NCBI GenBank assembly: GCA_964016885.1
Contig: OZ024743.1
Coordinates: forward strand, 338,148,001 to 338,212,000
DNA from: Eledone cirrhosa
Lineage: Eukaryota
DNA length: 64,000 bases
Reading direction: 5' to 3'
Every line of letters begins with the position of its first letter. The first letter of the stretch is position 1. The notes under the pieces were generated by a model. It did no database searches. It was not told the origin of the DNA and worked only from the letters and a program-made list of their open reading frames with translations. This document shows, in pieces, positions 29,097 through 42,835 of the stretch. Both the position numbers and the translations under genes were made by a program.

Positions 29097-29552
29097 GAAA
29101 TTTCGTTTCGTTTTTTCCGTTTATCGTTTTCGGTGCGCCCGGCCGATTAACTCACTCGATATGCAAATTAGCCTGCTCAGCCGTTAATATGCATAAGGAA
29201 AATATATACTTTCAGACGTTCAACCATCTGGCAGGAAGGTATACGTTGCTGACGATAGCTAATAAGCTTGAAACTAGTACAGCGTTCCTTTGTCAGTGTT
29301 GAACAAATGAGCAACGATGGTTGCTAGACACTGTACGGCTTAATGCGGGATATTTGTTTACAAACACGCCGAGCATTATAATAAATGTTCGGTGAATCCA
29401 TACGTACATATATATATGTGTGCATGTATGTATATATATATACATACTACTGTACGTCTGTATACATATATGTATGTACGTGTACACAATTATATTTAAG
29501 TAACAGCCGTACTAAGAGTGAGAAATGAAATTTCGTTTCATTTTTTCCGTTT
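29093..29552 (+). mobile_element. Hammerhead-containing unit bounded by 30-bp direct repeats (Penelope-like pLTR / retrozyme-like)
   Basis: aaatgaaatttcgtttcRttttttccgttt at 29093 and 29523, TA flanks, hammerhead at 29243. Confidence 0.65.
29243..29285 (+). ncRNA. Minimal type-I hammerhead ribozyme
   Basis: acgttg-CTGACGA-t-agct-aata-agct-t-GAAA-ctag-TA-cagcgt; palindromic stem III. Confidence 0.8.
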
Positions 29553-29553
29553 G

Positions 29554-29600
<47 letters not shown>

Positions 29601-29674
29601 GTGCGGAACAAGTAAACATTAAACAATCTTTTAAATAAATTAAAATACGATTTAAATATTCACCTGTTCTAGTC

Positions 29675-29752
29675 CTGTGACCGACGGTTTCGCTTATCAA
29701 AAGATTGGAAATTCAGAGAATTTCCAATGGAAAGAATAAACTCTTCAGACAG
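29675..29752 (-). ncRNA. Type-I hammerhead ribozyme (GUC cleavage triplet)
   Basis: Minus strand: ctgt-CTGAAGA-g..attggaaattc/gaatttccaat..c-GAAA-ccgtcgg-TC-acag. Confidence 0.85.
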
Positions 29753-29840
29753 CTGTTTCCATACCACAGGGCACAAAAGCCCTGTACTAGTAAATATATT
29801 GCTTTCTGCCCAATGCAAGAGGTCAGGCCATTAAAGGGAC

Positions 29841-29929
<89 letters not shown>

Positions 29930-31299
29930 CGTGTGTGTGTACGCGCGCGTCCAACGGGCCTCCGTACCGTTTGCTGTCTACCAACGTCTGTATTTTGTAT
30001 TGTCTATTATCTCTGTTGAATGCTTTCAGTTTTAACTAACCACCATAATTATTAATCTCATCAAACCGTCTTTTTATTAGTGGTCGTTTTCGAAGGTTGT
30101 TTTTTCTTCCTTTTATATGCTTATATAGATGTGTTCCTATATGTTTGACGCAATTCAAAGGGATGGTTTGGTTACATATTGGGTTTGGCTGAATCTTCCT
30201 GGGAATTGCGTTAAGAGTACACGTGTCTGTTGAGTTTTCAGTTACTTAGATGTTAAATTCGCGATAGGCTGTTGTATTGATCAACGAACTGGAATAATTA
30301 TCGTCAAAACTGACTAAGATCCATATATGTTCGTATATGTTTGACGATGTATATGGCCGAGTAGCTATGGATTTGCTTTGAAATCACTAGGTCCGGGTTC
30401 GATTCTACTGCATAGCATCATGCGTAGGTTTGATTTATCATAGACTTAGGTTGATTAATGCCTTTTGGGTGACATTGGGTAGACGGAAACTGTTTGGAAG
30501 CCCGTCGGATGGTCTGTAACTTTTAAAAGAGACAGCCTTAGCTCACAATCATAAGGTTGTGAGTTTGTTTCTCGGACTGACGCCGTATTGTTTCCTTGGG
30601 CAAGACACTTACTCCAGCCACTCAGTTGGAAAAAATGAGTTATACTTTTAATTCAAAGTACTAGATTTTTTTACATTCTGTGTTATGTTGAATCTCCCTG
30701 AGAATTAGGATAAGGGTGTATAAATCTGTGGCGTTAATTTCACCAGCAGGCTATTTTGTTAGTCGAACAACGAAACCGACAGAGATCCATTCCATTCTAA
30801 TAAATTACTTAAATGATACTTCATTTTATCGACTCTGGAAGAATGAAGAGTACAATTGACCTCGGTGGGATTTGAACTCAGAACAAATAAAATACTGCGG
30901 TTGATATAAACAATTTGCCCTTCCCTTCAAAATTGCTGGCCTTGTGCCAAAATTATAAAGAAATCGGTAGAACGTCGAACAAAATGCTTTACGGGATTTG
31001 ACTTCAGAACGCAAAGAGTTCTGAATTCCAATCCCGCTGAGGTCAACTTTACTTTTCATCCTTCTGAGGTGAAATACCATAGCAGTAAAGTACTGTGGTG
31101 AATATAATTGATTATACTATACCCTAAGTTAAAAATCAATATTAAACGTTCGATGACTTTTAAATATAAAGTATAAAGGAAAAAAGCAGCAACAATAAAT
31201 TTTGTATGATACCTGCTTTCCTCTACACTGTCGAATGGCCAAGAAAAGGTAAGGATGAAGAAACGCTGTAACAAAGAAAATTAAGGTATTTCAACGAAG

Positions 31300-31399
<100 letters not shown>

Positions 31400-31400
31400 T

Positions 31401-31437
<37 letters not shown>

Positions 31438-32582
31438 CACACAAACACATATACACACAGACACACAGACATACGTACTTACATACATACATGCCTGCAT
31501 ACATACATGATGGCTGCAACACGACTTCGAGTAATGCCATCGCTTGATACTTAAGCATGAGCATCACGGACGTGGCTTTTTAGTCCTGCTAGGAACTTGC
31601 CTATCGCCAGCAATACCATGCATCGTATAAAGTGTCACATATCAAGCAATTCCTGCGCTACAACCAACGTGGGTGCCTCTATATGCTCACTTAATTTGAA
31701 AGAAATAGCAACCAAACCCTCCTCAAATCAGGTATATATACTTCTTATATTAAAATGAGAGGTATACATTAGATAATAATGAAGACCTTAAACGTACTAT
31801 GGTTAAACAAAACTAGTTATGGTCATTCCTGGAAGGCCTTTGATTATAAATCTGAAGAATCAGGGCTGACCTGCAACTAAACAACGATTTAGCTAACTAC
31901 TGTTGGGCACTTGAATATACCAATATCGAATCATATTGGGGGTGATTAACTACTTTCGTATCACGAGGAATATATGTTTCATCTGAAGATGAGTCGTTTG
32001 TAGTTTCCAAAACACTCATATATATCTTATTTTCTAAAACATACATAAATCATTTTTTACAACTTTCTTTCCTAAATTTCCCCCCATGCCTGACTGTTAA
32101 ACCTCCAAGTTATGTAAAAGTGATAATGTAACCATAACAAACAAACAAACAAACAAAAGAAATTAGTGAACAAAATATACATAAATAAAACCTTGCAACC
32201 ATTTTATCAAATAATTACTAAACTGATTACTAATTCGATTTTTTTGTTTCATTCTTCTTTTTCCCATTCTTTTTTCTTTTCAGACGCCGTCACAAAGAGT
32301 GTCCCAAATCTTTCCTGCACATCCCACCAGATCTTCCAAGTTTGCATACATGTCGGTTTTCAGGGTACCACTTCACTTCTTGCCACCAAAAAATTTCATC
32401 TGCAAAAGGGACATTTATTTTTCTAACGCTCTTTATAATTATAAATCTGCATTTCAAAGCAATTTTTTTTATATGAAAAATTTTCCCTAATTGCTGCGTG
32501 ATTACCACTGCATGTGTAAAATAAAAAGAAAAATATAACACAACAGAACAGCGACATCTGGTAGCCATATTTTTTCTATGTA

Positions 32583-32649
<67 letters not shown>

Positions 32650-33285
32650 TTTGTACAAAAAACAAGGAAGTTAGTTCGCAAGATTTTATGTTGAAAACCT
32701 TACCATCGTTTTTGCAAATTACTACGTATCGATGGCTTAAATAAATCTCACTTGAACGGAAAGTATGTATTTCTTATGATTGTCCATTTTGGACAGATAG
32801 CTTTCCGATAGCAGTAACATATTTGTGTTCACATGCATTTCCCCTGCTGCCACATCCACCCACCCTTTCACTTTTGTGAAAATGAAACACACACACATAC
32901 ACCATGATTCTGGTGATTGTTAATTTTTTTTATGTTTTAATTTTCTAAATTTACAATCTAGAGTGAAGTAGTGAAACTTCAATGAAGAATTGAAGTGGAA
33001 AGAATATAAGAAACAACGAACAAGAAAAACATTTTCTTTTCGTGTTTAAATTTATTCCTTAAATCTCTTAGTTCGTCAATTTGTTTGAAACCTACCTTAA
33101 AAGCAACAGAAAGCACGTTTACCCACAATTTTTCTCTCTTTCTCTCTCTTTCCTTCTCTCTCTTTCTTATGTGCCATCTTGGAAAACAAAAAAAAAATCA
33201 AAAACGAAAAGAAGCTTATTCTGTGATGTCAATTGTTTCTTCTATATTTTCATATAAGATATCATATTCTGGAGGAGAACTGGAA

Positions 33286-33339
<54 letters not shown>

Positions 33340-33842
33340 ATTTATTTAATATACCATTATAAAAAAAGACACGATTTTGTTCGTCCAATGACATGTTTTT
33401 TTGTGTCATTGTAAAATAATTGTTTTTGTTTAACGAGAAATACAAATCCAATTTCAAGAAGAAGGTACACGAGTTCAGAAGTCTATACAACTATTTAATA
33501 ATCATTTTTTTTTCCTTTTCTAATTGAAGAAAAAAAAAGGAAAACTTCTTCAGCAGCGAATCTTCCTTTACATACATGCATTTATTTATTTGTGTAATTA
33601 AAGCCTGTTGCTGGATTTCAACGGTACCTAAGATCAATGACTCTTTTGGACTCATTTTAAAATAAGGTATTTTTTTTTTAAACAAAGAAAAAGAAAAAAG
33701 GGAAAATATCAAGAAAGAAAATTTTGTGTTTTCTTTTTATGATTTTTCTTCGTTTCTCTTTTTTTAAAGAAAAATATAAGAGTACGTCATTGTAATTTAT
33801 TATTATTATTATTTTATTATTATTAGCTGTATCTTGATAATT

Positions 33843-34359
33843 TTATTGTTTGTCTTCTATTTGCGACTGAGGTCTGGATCCTACGTAGGCAAATGGCAAA
33901 CAATATAACGTCTTGTATAACTGCGCTCTATGAAAATATTAAATAAAAAAATCTGCACTATTTCCATTCTGTGATCCGTTTACTCAATCATTTTTATATA
34001 TATAAAAGGAAAATGTTACTCGTATTCTGCAAAGAGTTTTTTCTCCCGGGAGATATCTGCTTTAGAACCTTCAGGCATGTTCAGGGGAGACAAGCTGCAA
34101 GTAGCTAAAGAAGAAACAACACGTTCAAACCAGAACAAATATAAAAGGAAATGATTGAATTTGATACAACGTCTTTTGCTTTTTAAAATAACATCGAAAG
34201 CAAAAACAATAACAACAACAACATACAAAACATAAAAAAGAATCAATAATGAAGAACTTAAAATCTTTCTCCCCCTCCTCACTCCCCTCGGGAACTGTTC
34301 GGTTGCATTGACTTCCACACTTTGTGTAAATAACTGGGGTTTTTTTCGTTATCATTATT
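33843..34359 (-). CDS. Candidate small spliced gene of unknown function (exons 34359-34283, 34104-34020, 33927-33843)
   Basis: Three GT-AG-bounded segments join in frame to MITKKTPVIYTKCGSQCNRTVPEGTTCSLSPLNMPEGSKADISREKKLFAEYEAQLYKTLYCLPFAYVGSRPQSQIEDKQ*. Confidence 0.33.
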
Positions 34360-36727
34360 CTAAATTCGAAAAAAAAGTATTAATGTTTATTATTGATATT
34401 ATTTTTGTAAATTTTAGTTGTAATTTTTTTCCTTCTCTTCTTCATTTAACTTCAGCTTTCTTACATCTTTATTTTATTGACTTGTTTTTGTATCTTTTCT
34501 TGGAGACTGGTTAAAATATTTCACACACATACACACAACAAACACACATTGTACGGAAGTAAAGCAGGAATAAATCTCTAGCTCATCCGTAAATTAGTTT
34601 ATATATCCAAAAGGACAAATCCTATCCGTTCTATCAACAACGAACACTTAGATATCAATAACATTTCTTTGCTTTTTTTTTTTTCCTTTTTACTCTTTTG
34701 ATCGAGATTTATTCTTTCAACTTGATAGCTTATCGACAGGGAACAGATCACATTGCTTGCCACTGGTCACGACTGAGTTATATAAAAAACGAAGTAGAAC
34801 TTGTCTCGTGTGTGAATTAAAATATTTGAAATTCCATGTTAAACCATTACAAAAAAGAATCATCTAACAATTTGATGGAAAAACAACGATGTAACTCTGC
34901 TTAATTAAATGGGTGTTATTTGCTGGATAAATTGGTGTTGGAGGCTTTAAACAATTTTTATATGTACCATGAAACCAATGGTCATTTTTTTGTGATGTGG
35001 TCGAAGTTTTTCTGATATTTTAATAAATTATAAAATTAACAAAAAAAAAAATGTTGCAATCATAAAGTTTGTTTTAAAAAAAAATAACAATGGTTAATTT
35101 TGGAATTCAAACATTTTAATGATTTTTTTCAAGAGACAATGTTTAGGTTTGAAATCTGTATTATCGAACAGATACATTTAGCGACGAAAGGCGGATCAAT
35201 AAAACATAATAAAGATAATCCATGGGGTTTTCAGGGATGTGTTAGCGTATGACTTTCCCGCTCTTTAGCTTATTCCAACTACAAGGGAACCTGATAGATG
35301 CAAATTTACGGCCATATTGCTATCATCTCTCTTTGTGTTTTCTATGACTCAGTTTTATCTGTTTACCTAACCATCACACACGTACATCACCACGATTTTG
35401 ATTCTCGGAAAAGCACGATATTATTATTATTGTTGTTGCCAATAATGATAATAATAATAAGAAGACTTACATGCTCCTTTCCGTAAAGGCTTGTCTTTTC
35501 AGCCGTTGCGAATTAACAGAAGGGAGTAATTTTGTGGGTTTACTAAACTAAGATATATACTATTGAACAAGTGAGGTTTTATTTTAAATATATGACCCTC
35601 TTAGAAACACCAACGGTCGGCCTTAGATTTGAAGACACTGAGAATTTCTAATCTGGTGATTTGGGCCGGTTCTTGTAGGCAAGAACCGAATCATGAAGAT
35701 TGGAAATATATATATATGAATATATATAATAAAAATACACAAATGGGTTTGCTAGCAAAGATACAAAGCATAACTTCATTTAGCCGAGCCGTTTCGACAA
35801 ATGTGATCGGTAAAGCGTAAATGAAGGCCCTTTCGTTCCCAGAAGCTCTTGCATTCTAAGACCAGCTTTTTTACATGCCTTAAATGGATGCTTTGGTGAA
35901 AAAATTAATTTTGCGTATTTTTTAAATCATTCAACAGAAACGAAAAGTAGGAGAGTCAATTTGAGCGGATTTTCTTTTAGCAATAGTGGATTACTGAAAA
36001 GTTAAACGATGGTTGGCATTCAAGATTTATTTCTGTTCGAGTATTACTGAAAATTTCGTGGGTTAAATCTTTCCAATGATCTCAAAATTTCAAAGAAGAA
36101 TGCAACAAACAGAAAGCGACAGGAGGTCGGGGCGCTGGGAGGGTGGGATTTACCTCCCCTGACCATCGCTATTGTTCGTTCGGCTGAACAATTACGGCTC
36201 ATCGAGCGAACAATTTGAGTGTCATGATGCAAATAATGTAATATTTTTTTTTTTTCTTTTCTGGTGAGGCGAATCGTAACGAGAGAACTTCACTCGATGA
36301 AATATTACACATAAAACAAATTCTGTATAAACCGGGAAAAGGTTACAGAAATACAGTTAATGTGTGACCTAGAATAGAATTACTTCGGTAGTTAAGGGCG
36401 CGAAAGGATCGGAGCTGTTATATTATTTAATTATTACTCGGAGTTTTGGAGATTATTTTAAATATAATTTTTTGTCCATATATATTTTTCTTCTTCATGT
36501 TCTAGTGTTCTTATATTGTCTGGTGTTCCTAATATAACGAAGGATAAGTTGATAAAATCTACCCATATTTGTTTCTTTAAAATATATATTTAATCAAACA
36601 TTCATGTGTCTCTATATCTCTCTCGTAATGGTTCATCGTTTTCCTATGCTTAAATTTTACTAGCCCTCCTCGCCTTGCTAAGTACAATGTCCTTATAATA
36701 TATATATATATATCCATTAAAATACAA

Positions 36728-36847
<120 letters not shown>

Positions 36848-37269
36848 ATGTGTGTGGGGGTATAATGTTATTATGTTAGAAATCCTTATCTATACATAGT
36901 TTCAGCTGTTTGTCCATCCTTTGCACTACCTGGTCAGTAATTTCCAGTAAATCTTGACACTTCTGATTCCATCTACCTCCCTCTTTCTACTACTGTTCAA
37001 TATATTCTTGTGTTGTTCCTTAACTGTGAAAATATAGAGGAAGAGGAGAAAAGAAAAATCCAAAACAGGCGACTTCTTTTCTTCCGTTTGTGATATTCTG
37101 TTAAATTGCAATATTTCTTTGATCATATATATATATATATATATAATATATATATATAATATATATATATATAATATATATATATATAATACAAATATGT
37201 GGCAAAATATGTTCCTTCTGTCCGAGTTTTCTTCGTAAGCCATCATTTTCTTTATCTTTCATTCTAATG

Positions 37270-37314
<45 letters not shown>

Positions 37315-37315
37315 T

Positions 37316-37405
<90 letters not shown>

Positions 37406-37786
37406 TCTCGCTTTCTCTCTATCTACTTATCTATCTAACTAGCTCACTCTCTCTTTTACTCTTCGTCTATTTATCGCACCCTGATTATCATTAATATTCT
37501 TATTACTATTATTAATGCTTTTAATAATATCACAACAATACCTGCTATTACACCAACTACTACTACTACTACAGCTACTGCAGCTGTTACTACAGCTACT
37601 ACTATTACTGCTACTTCTATAATCAGTTCATTTGTGTCTTTTTTTTTATTTTATTTTCTACTTTATTTTAATTTTTATTTTAAACGTTATTTGCGAATGG
37701 ACGGTTGGTTGGTTTAAAGCTAAGGCTGGTATTCTGTAAAAAAGATTTCCTCACGCCAAACTCCATATTGTTTGCTAAATACGTTG

Positions 37787-37868
<82 letters not shown>

Positions 37869-38032
37869 CTATGCTTCTATTACTATTACAACAATAGCAA
37901 CAATAACAAAAACAATAACAATATTATTACAGAAACAATTTCAAAATTAAATAAACGAAATATAAATAAATAAATTTGTCAACACATTTTAAAAGGCTTA
38001 ATTTTTATTATTTCCATTTTTATTATTATTAT

Positions 38033-38719
38033 AATACATATTAAAATGAAAAAATTCATGGCTTGAAGAGCCCGTAAAACAGCTAAATGCCGGACAGAAA
38101 CCAGCGGCCAGTGGTCAACAGAGAGACAATTCATAAGGTGGGTGACAAGTAGATGAAATATAGAATAGATTGAGAGAGGAGGAGGGCAAGGAGAAGTGTG
38201 TTAGTGCATAGAAGTGACTGGAAGAAGGAAACAAACAAAGACGATGTACAAGACAAGTTTGCACACACACACATCTTCACCGTCATCAGCTCTGAAACCA
38301 GCAAAATGATTTCGCACGATTTAATTGAGCTTTTCATTTTAAAATGCTGGATCGTGCAACAGAAAAATAAATCTTTCTGCAGGTATGATGTGTGTGTGCG
38401 ATAAAACAAACAGCACAAAGAGAAGGACGAAAGAAAACAAAGAAAAGAAAATAATGTGATAGTAGACCTCAAGTTGTGGTGTATGTCCTAAATAGAAAGC
38501 TAATCATAGCTATGAGAAAGATAAAACAATGTTGTCTCTTATTGAGCAGAAAGATTTATTTTTCTGTTTCAATCTTTTCTGTAATTCATCTACTCGTCGC
38601 TCACCTTGTGGAAATTCTCTCTGTTGACCACTGACCACTGGTCTGCCCTCTGTCTTTGACACCATTTGGCTCTTTTAATGGCTGTTCTAGCGATGGCTTT
38701 TCTCATTTTTATATGTATT
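38033..38719. mobile_element. Old fold-back/MITE-like element with ~145-bp diverged TIRs
   Basis: 38033-38175 is a diverged reverse complement of 38565-38719; the interior resembles 63200-63330. Confidence 0.55.
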
Positions 38720-39004
38720 CAAATACACTCTCGCTTCGTCTCCATCAGAGACAACATTGTTTTTTTTTCCATTTATTATTATTACTATTATTATTACTAT
38801 TATTATTACTATTATTATTACTATTATTATTATACAATGCGAGCTGCTCAATGCAAGATCGTGTTTGAGACATTAACTTATAAATGTTAACAAGCACGAA
38901 ATAACAACAACAACAAAACTAATAATACATGATAATAAATAAAAGAGCCTGTAGATATATAGGGAAAGTGGGCCAAGTTAAACTGAATGGCGTGCAGGCT
39001 TTTC

Positions 39005-39875
39005 TCATCATCCTCATTATCATCATCATCATCATTGTCGACTTTATCACCATCATCATCATTACCATCATCATCGTCGTCATCATCATTATCATTACCA
39101 TCATCATCATCGTCATCATCATTGTCGTCATCATCATCATCATCATCATCATCATCAACATTATAGTTATCATTATCATCATTATCGTCGTCATTACCAT
39201 CATCATCAACCTCATCATCATCATCATCATCATCGCTGCCGTCGTCATCGGCGTCGTCATCACCGAATTCGTGTAATCATCGTCAGAATTATCATCATCA
39301 TCATCATCTCTACCACAACCACCATCACCATCACCATCAACAGAAGCAACAACACCACCACCACTACCTTTATAACCATCCTCATCACCATCATCTCCGC
39401 CTCCATCACCATCATCATCGTCAGCAGCAGCACTACTACCACCATTATCACCATCACCACCACCCCATATTCATGAACATCACCATCACCATCATCATCA
39501 CCACCTCTACCATCTCCACCACCACCATCTCTACCACTACAACTACCACAATCAGTGCCACCACCATCATCAGCATTAATAACACCAACAACAACACCAA
39601 CAACTACCACCACCATCATCATCATCACCCTCACCCTCACCACCATCATCATCATCACTACAACCACCACCACCATCATCATCATCATCACTCTCATCAC
39701 CACCACCACCACCATCATCATCATCATCCTCACCACCACCACCACGACCACCATCATCATCACCCTCACCACCACCACCAGGACCACCATCATCATCATC
39801 ACCCTCACCACCACCACCACCACCACCATCATCATCATCACCCTCACCATCACCACCACCATCATCATCATCATC
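39005..39875. repeat. (CAT)/(CAC) trinucleotide low-complexity tract
   Basis: Direct reading. Confidence 0.95.
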
Positions 39876-40139
39876 TGCTCTCAAGTTCCATACACTAGAT
39901 TGCTATCTCAGTCTCTCCTTTGCTGTGCAATGTTCACTATTTTAAGACTGTCCAAATCTTGATATTATCCAAGCAGTCTTCGTCTTCTTCTCTTTCCATC
40001 CATTTTACTCTCTATCTAAGGACGGGGCTTATGACACAGTGATCTGTGCAGGAAGAGGGTGCAGTCTTCTGGTCGGGGCCCGGAGAGGAGGAGGCCTGGG
40101 AATATCTGATACCTCCCTCCCCATTATAAAAATAATAAT

Positions 40140-40470
40140 TCTCAGCCCCTTCCTGAGAGTAGTTCTCGATCGACTGCTTCACGGGTCCTGAAAAATACTC
40201 TTGTTCTACCTTGCATTTTTTTTTTCTAGGGATCCCAGTCTAGGGGTTTTGAGGCTTTTGGCTGAAATAAAATGTGTTCCCATGCGTGAATTGAAACCGG
40301 TTCTGTGGATTCCGTTTCGAGAATATTCTTTCTTTCGAGCCGTGCTCGACAAGGAGGTCGACGTGGGGCACTGGATATCCCTGCTCCTCAACGTCCTACG
40401 TTTCAATGGCGCACTCATAGATTTACAAACTATTCTGAAGCCCTCAACACCCCGACCCTCGGAGCACCGA
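40140..40470 (-). pseudogene. Possible highly decayed Penelope-like reverse-transcriptase fragment
   Basis: GC-rich island; minus frames give IET*DVEEQGYPVPHVDLLVEHG and, across frameshifts, SIF..RTR.KQSIENYSQE. These are reminiscent of the Penelope RT C-terminal motifs (E-E--G-LPFLDVLV; SLF-RA--IC). Confidence 0.35.
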
Positions 40471-40547
40471 TGCCTCGTGGAGGGCTTTCTTTGATTCCGC
40501 GTCATTTGCTTGAAATTACAAATTTCTGCTAAAGTTCCGAAGAACTC

Positions 40548-40646
<99 letters not shown>

Positions 40647-40794
40647 AGCTCTGCAAAATAAGCACTTTCTAAGGACCTCAAGTGTAATTCTTTTAACGTG
40701 TGGTCCTCCAAGCTTTTTACAACTTAGGAGCCCACCAAAATCTAATCCCGCACTGCATGTATGCGTGTGTGAGCGTGCGTGTGAGTGTGTGCGT

Positions 40795-40864
<70 letters not shown>

Positions 40865-40897
40865 TTAGTTATGTAATAAACAACATAAAACAATTAT

Positions 40898-40968
40898 TCC
40901 ATTTACCAAAGGTTTCACGAAGACAGACGAGCTCGGCACAGACGTCTGAAATTGCTCATCAGAATGAA
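40898..40968 (-). ncRNA. Type-I hammerhead ribozyme inside a 51-bp inverted repeat
   Basis: Minus strand: ttcatt-CTGATGA-gc..cagacg/cgtctg..gt-GAAA-cctttgg-TA-aatgga. Confidence 0.75.
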
Positions 40969-42307
40969 ATTTTTCTGATTTTACTGATTTACCTTTGGTA
41001 AATGGAATAATTGTCTTATGTTGTTTATTACATAACTAAATAGCTCTGTAGCTTAGATAGAGCACTCCTTTCCCTGCCTACGGAAATACTTTATATATAT
41101 ATATATATACAAATAGAGAGAGAGAGAGAGGGGGGTACATGTGTGAATGTGGTGCTTGTGATATGGATGAGACAAACTTCACTCTGATGGCACACCACCT
41201 AGAGTGAGACACAGATATACTTACCCCAGACAATTCTGTCCAGTGTTACAGGGGAACTTTTACAATGGATCTGAACACATAAATTCGAACTTTATAGACT
41301 AGTACCTAACCCATTCCAACATTTCACTGCTGTCTAATGAAAGTTTAAGATTACTTATTAATCAAAGAAAGGCGGTGGATAGGCAGAATTGGTAGAGCGT
41401 CAGATAAAATACCATTGAGGTGTTTGTTCTGGTACAAATCTCTTCCAAGATCGATAAAATGAAATACCAGCTAAGTACTGGAGGTTGATTTACTCAACTA
41501 TATCCCTCTCTCAAATTTCTAGAACTTGTTCCTAATTTAGAAATTAATATTTCACACATACACGCACACACACACACACTCATATACATATACATACGCA
41601 TACACACGGTCACACATATACGTGCATACACGTAGTGCGGGATAAAAATTTTGTGGGGCCCTGTGTATAAAGGCCCCACGTGAAAATAATTACACTTGAG
41701 GCCTTTGGGAGTGCTTATTTTGTAGGGTTGCACACACAGACACTCTCACATATACATACATACATACATACATACATACATACATACATACATACATACA
41801 TACATACATACATACTGTCGCCCAGAGAGTGGGATTGGTTCAGTGCAGTCTTTCCTCACTTTAAAAAAATCTTCACGCACACATACATACATACATACAT
41901 ACATACATACATACATACATACATACAACAAACGAGGAAGAATATTGTTGTATGGACCAGAGTATGGACCAGACAATCGAAGACGGTCCAAGAGAACTCG
42001 TAAACCCCCAGAGAGACTTTGCTGTTGAGGCTTCTTTTGTCGCATCAATTTTGGTGGGCAGGTGTTGTATGGACTGGGAATCGAACTCACAACCTCATTG
42101 TTGTATGGACTGTTAAATTCGTTTTAATTCAATTTACACGTGCTCACACATTTGCATATGAATCACGTGACCTGGGCAGTCAGTCAGCGTTGGTATTAAA
42201 AACTCGGTCACAGACTGCTTCTGGCACTTACTTTATGTTATTCTGCTACTGTGAGGAGGGGCGTTTTGGTTGTTTCGTACAATACACAAATTATTTGATA
42301 TAACTCG

Positions 42308-42835
42308 TTGTGTTTTCTCTGCGAGTACCGAGAGGAATACAACAAATATATTGAGACAGATGGCACTAAGGAATACTGGTGGAACCTGAAAATAAAAACT
42401 GCCATCAAATTAAAGCACAACCGGCCTGATATTGTTGTTTGGGACCACACATTGAAAACGTGTTCTGTTGTGGAGGTCAGCTGCCCACTTGATGTAAACG
42501 TTGTCAGAAAAATACAGGAGAAGGAGGACATCTACGGACCATTGATGAGGAGTTTACAAATCCAGTATCCAAGATACACCTTTAGCTTCATACCCATCAT
42601 TATTGGAGCTACGGGTTATATACCAACCCGCTTGGACCAAAGTATGATTGCACTTGGATTTGCGGACAAAAAGCGCAGCTCCCTAATTCATAGTCTACAA
42701 ATAGCTGGCACCTTCAAAATTTGCAAAACATTCTTGCGATTCAAGGGATGACAATTTCTTTTCTTTTACAACCTTGCCACCAGGAAGGTGGCCGGTCAAA
42801 AAAAAAATACTCGAAATTAAGAGAAAGAGATAACA
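42308..42835 (+). mobile_element. 5'-truncated RLE-type non-LTR retrotransposon (R4/Dong-like): restriction-like endonuclease region plus 3' UTR
   Basis: ORF with HNRPDIVVWD...VVEVSCP...EKEDIY..L...FIPIIIGATG (PD-(D/E)xK RLE signature); the 3' end abuts (TACA)n. Confidence 0.88.

Noticed and set aside
34555-35290. Further upstream exons for the 34-kb candidate gene
   Set aside because: Coding-looking frames contain in-frame stops or lack usable donors.
38605-38706. Minus-strand MRKAIARTAIKRAKWCQ...FHK with a gtgagc donor
   Set aside because: Lies within one arm of a diverged inverted repeat, so probably coincidental.
38919-39962. Poly-His/Met/Gly-Asp ORFs
   Set aside because: Trinucleotide low-complexity repeat open in several frames.
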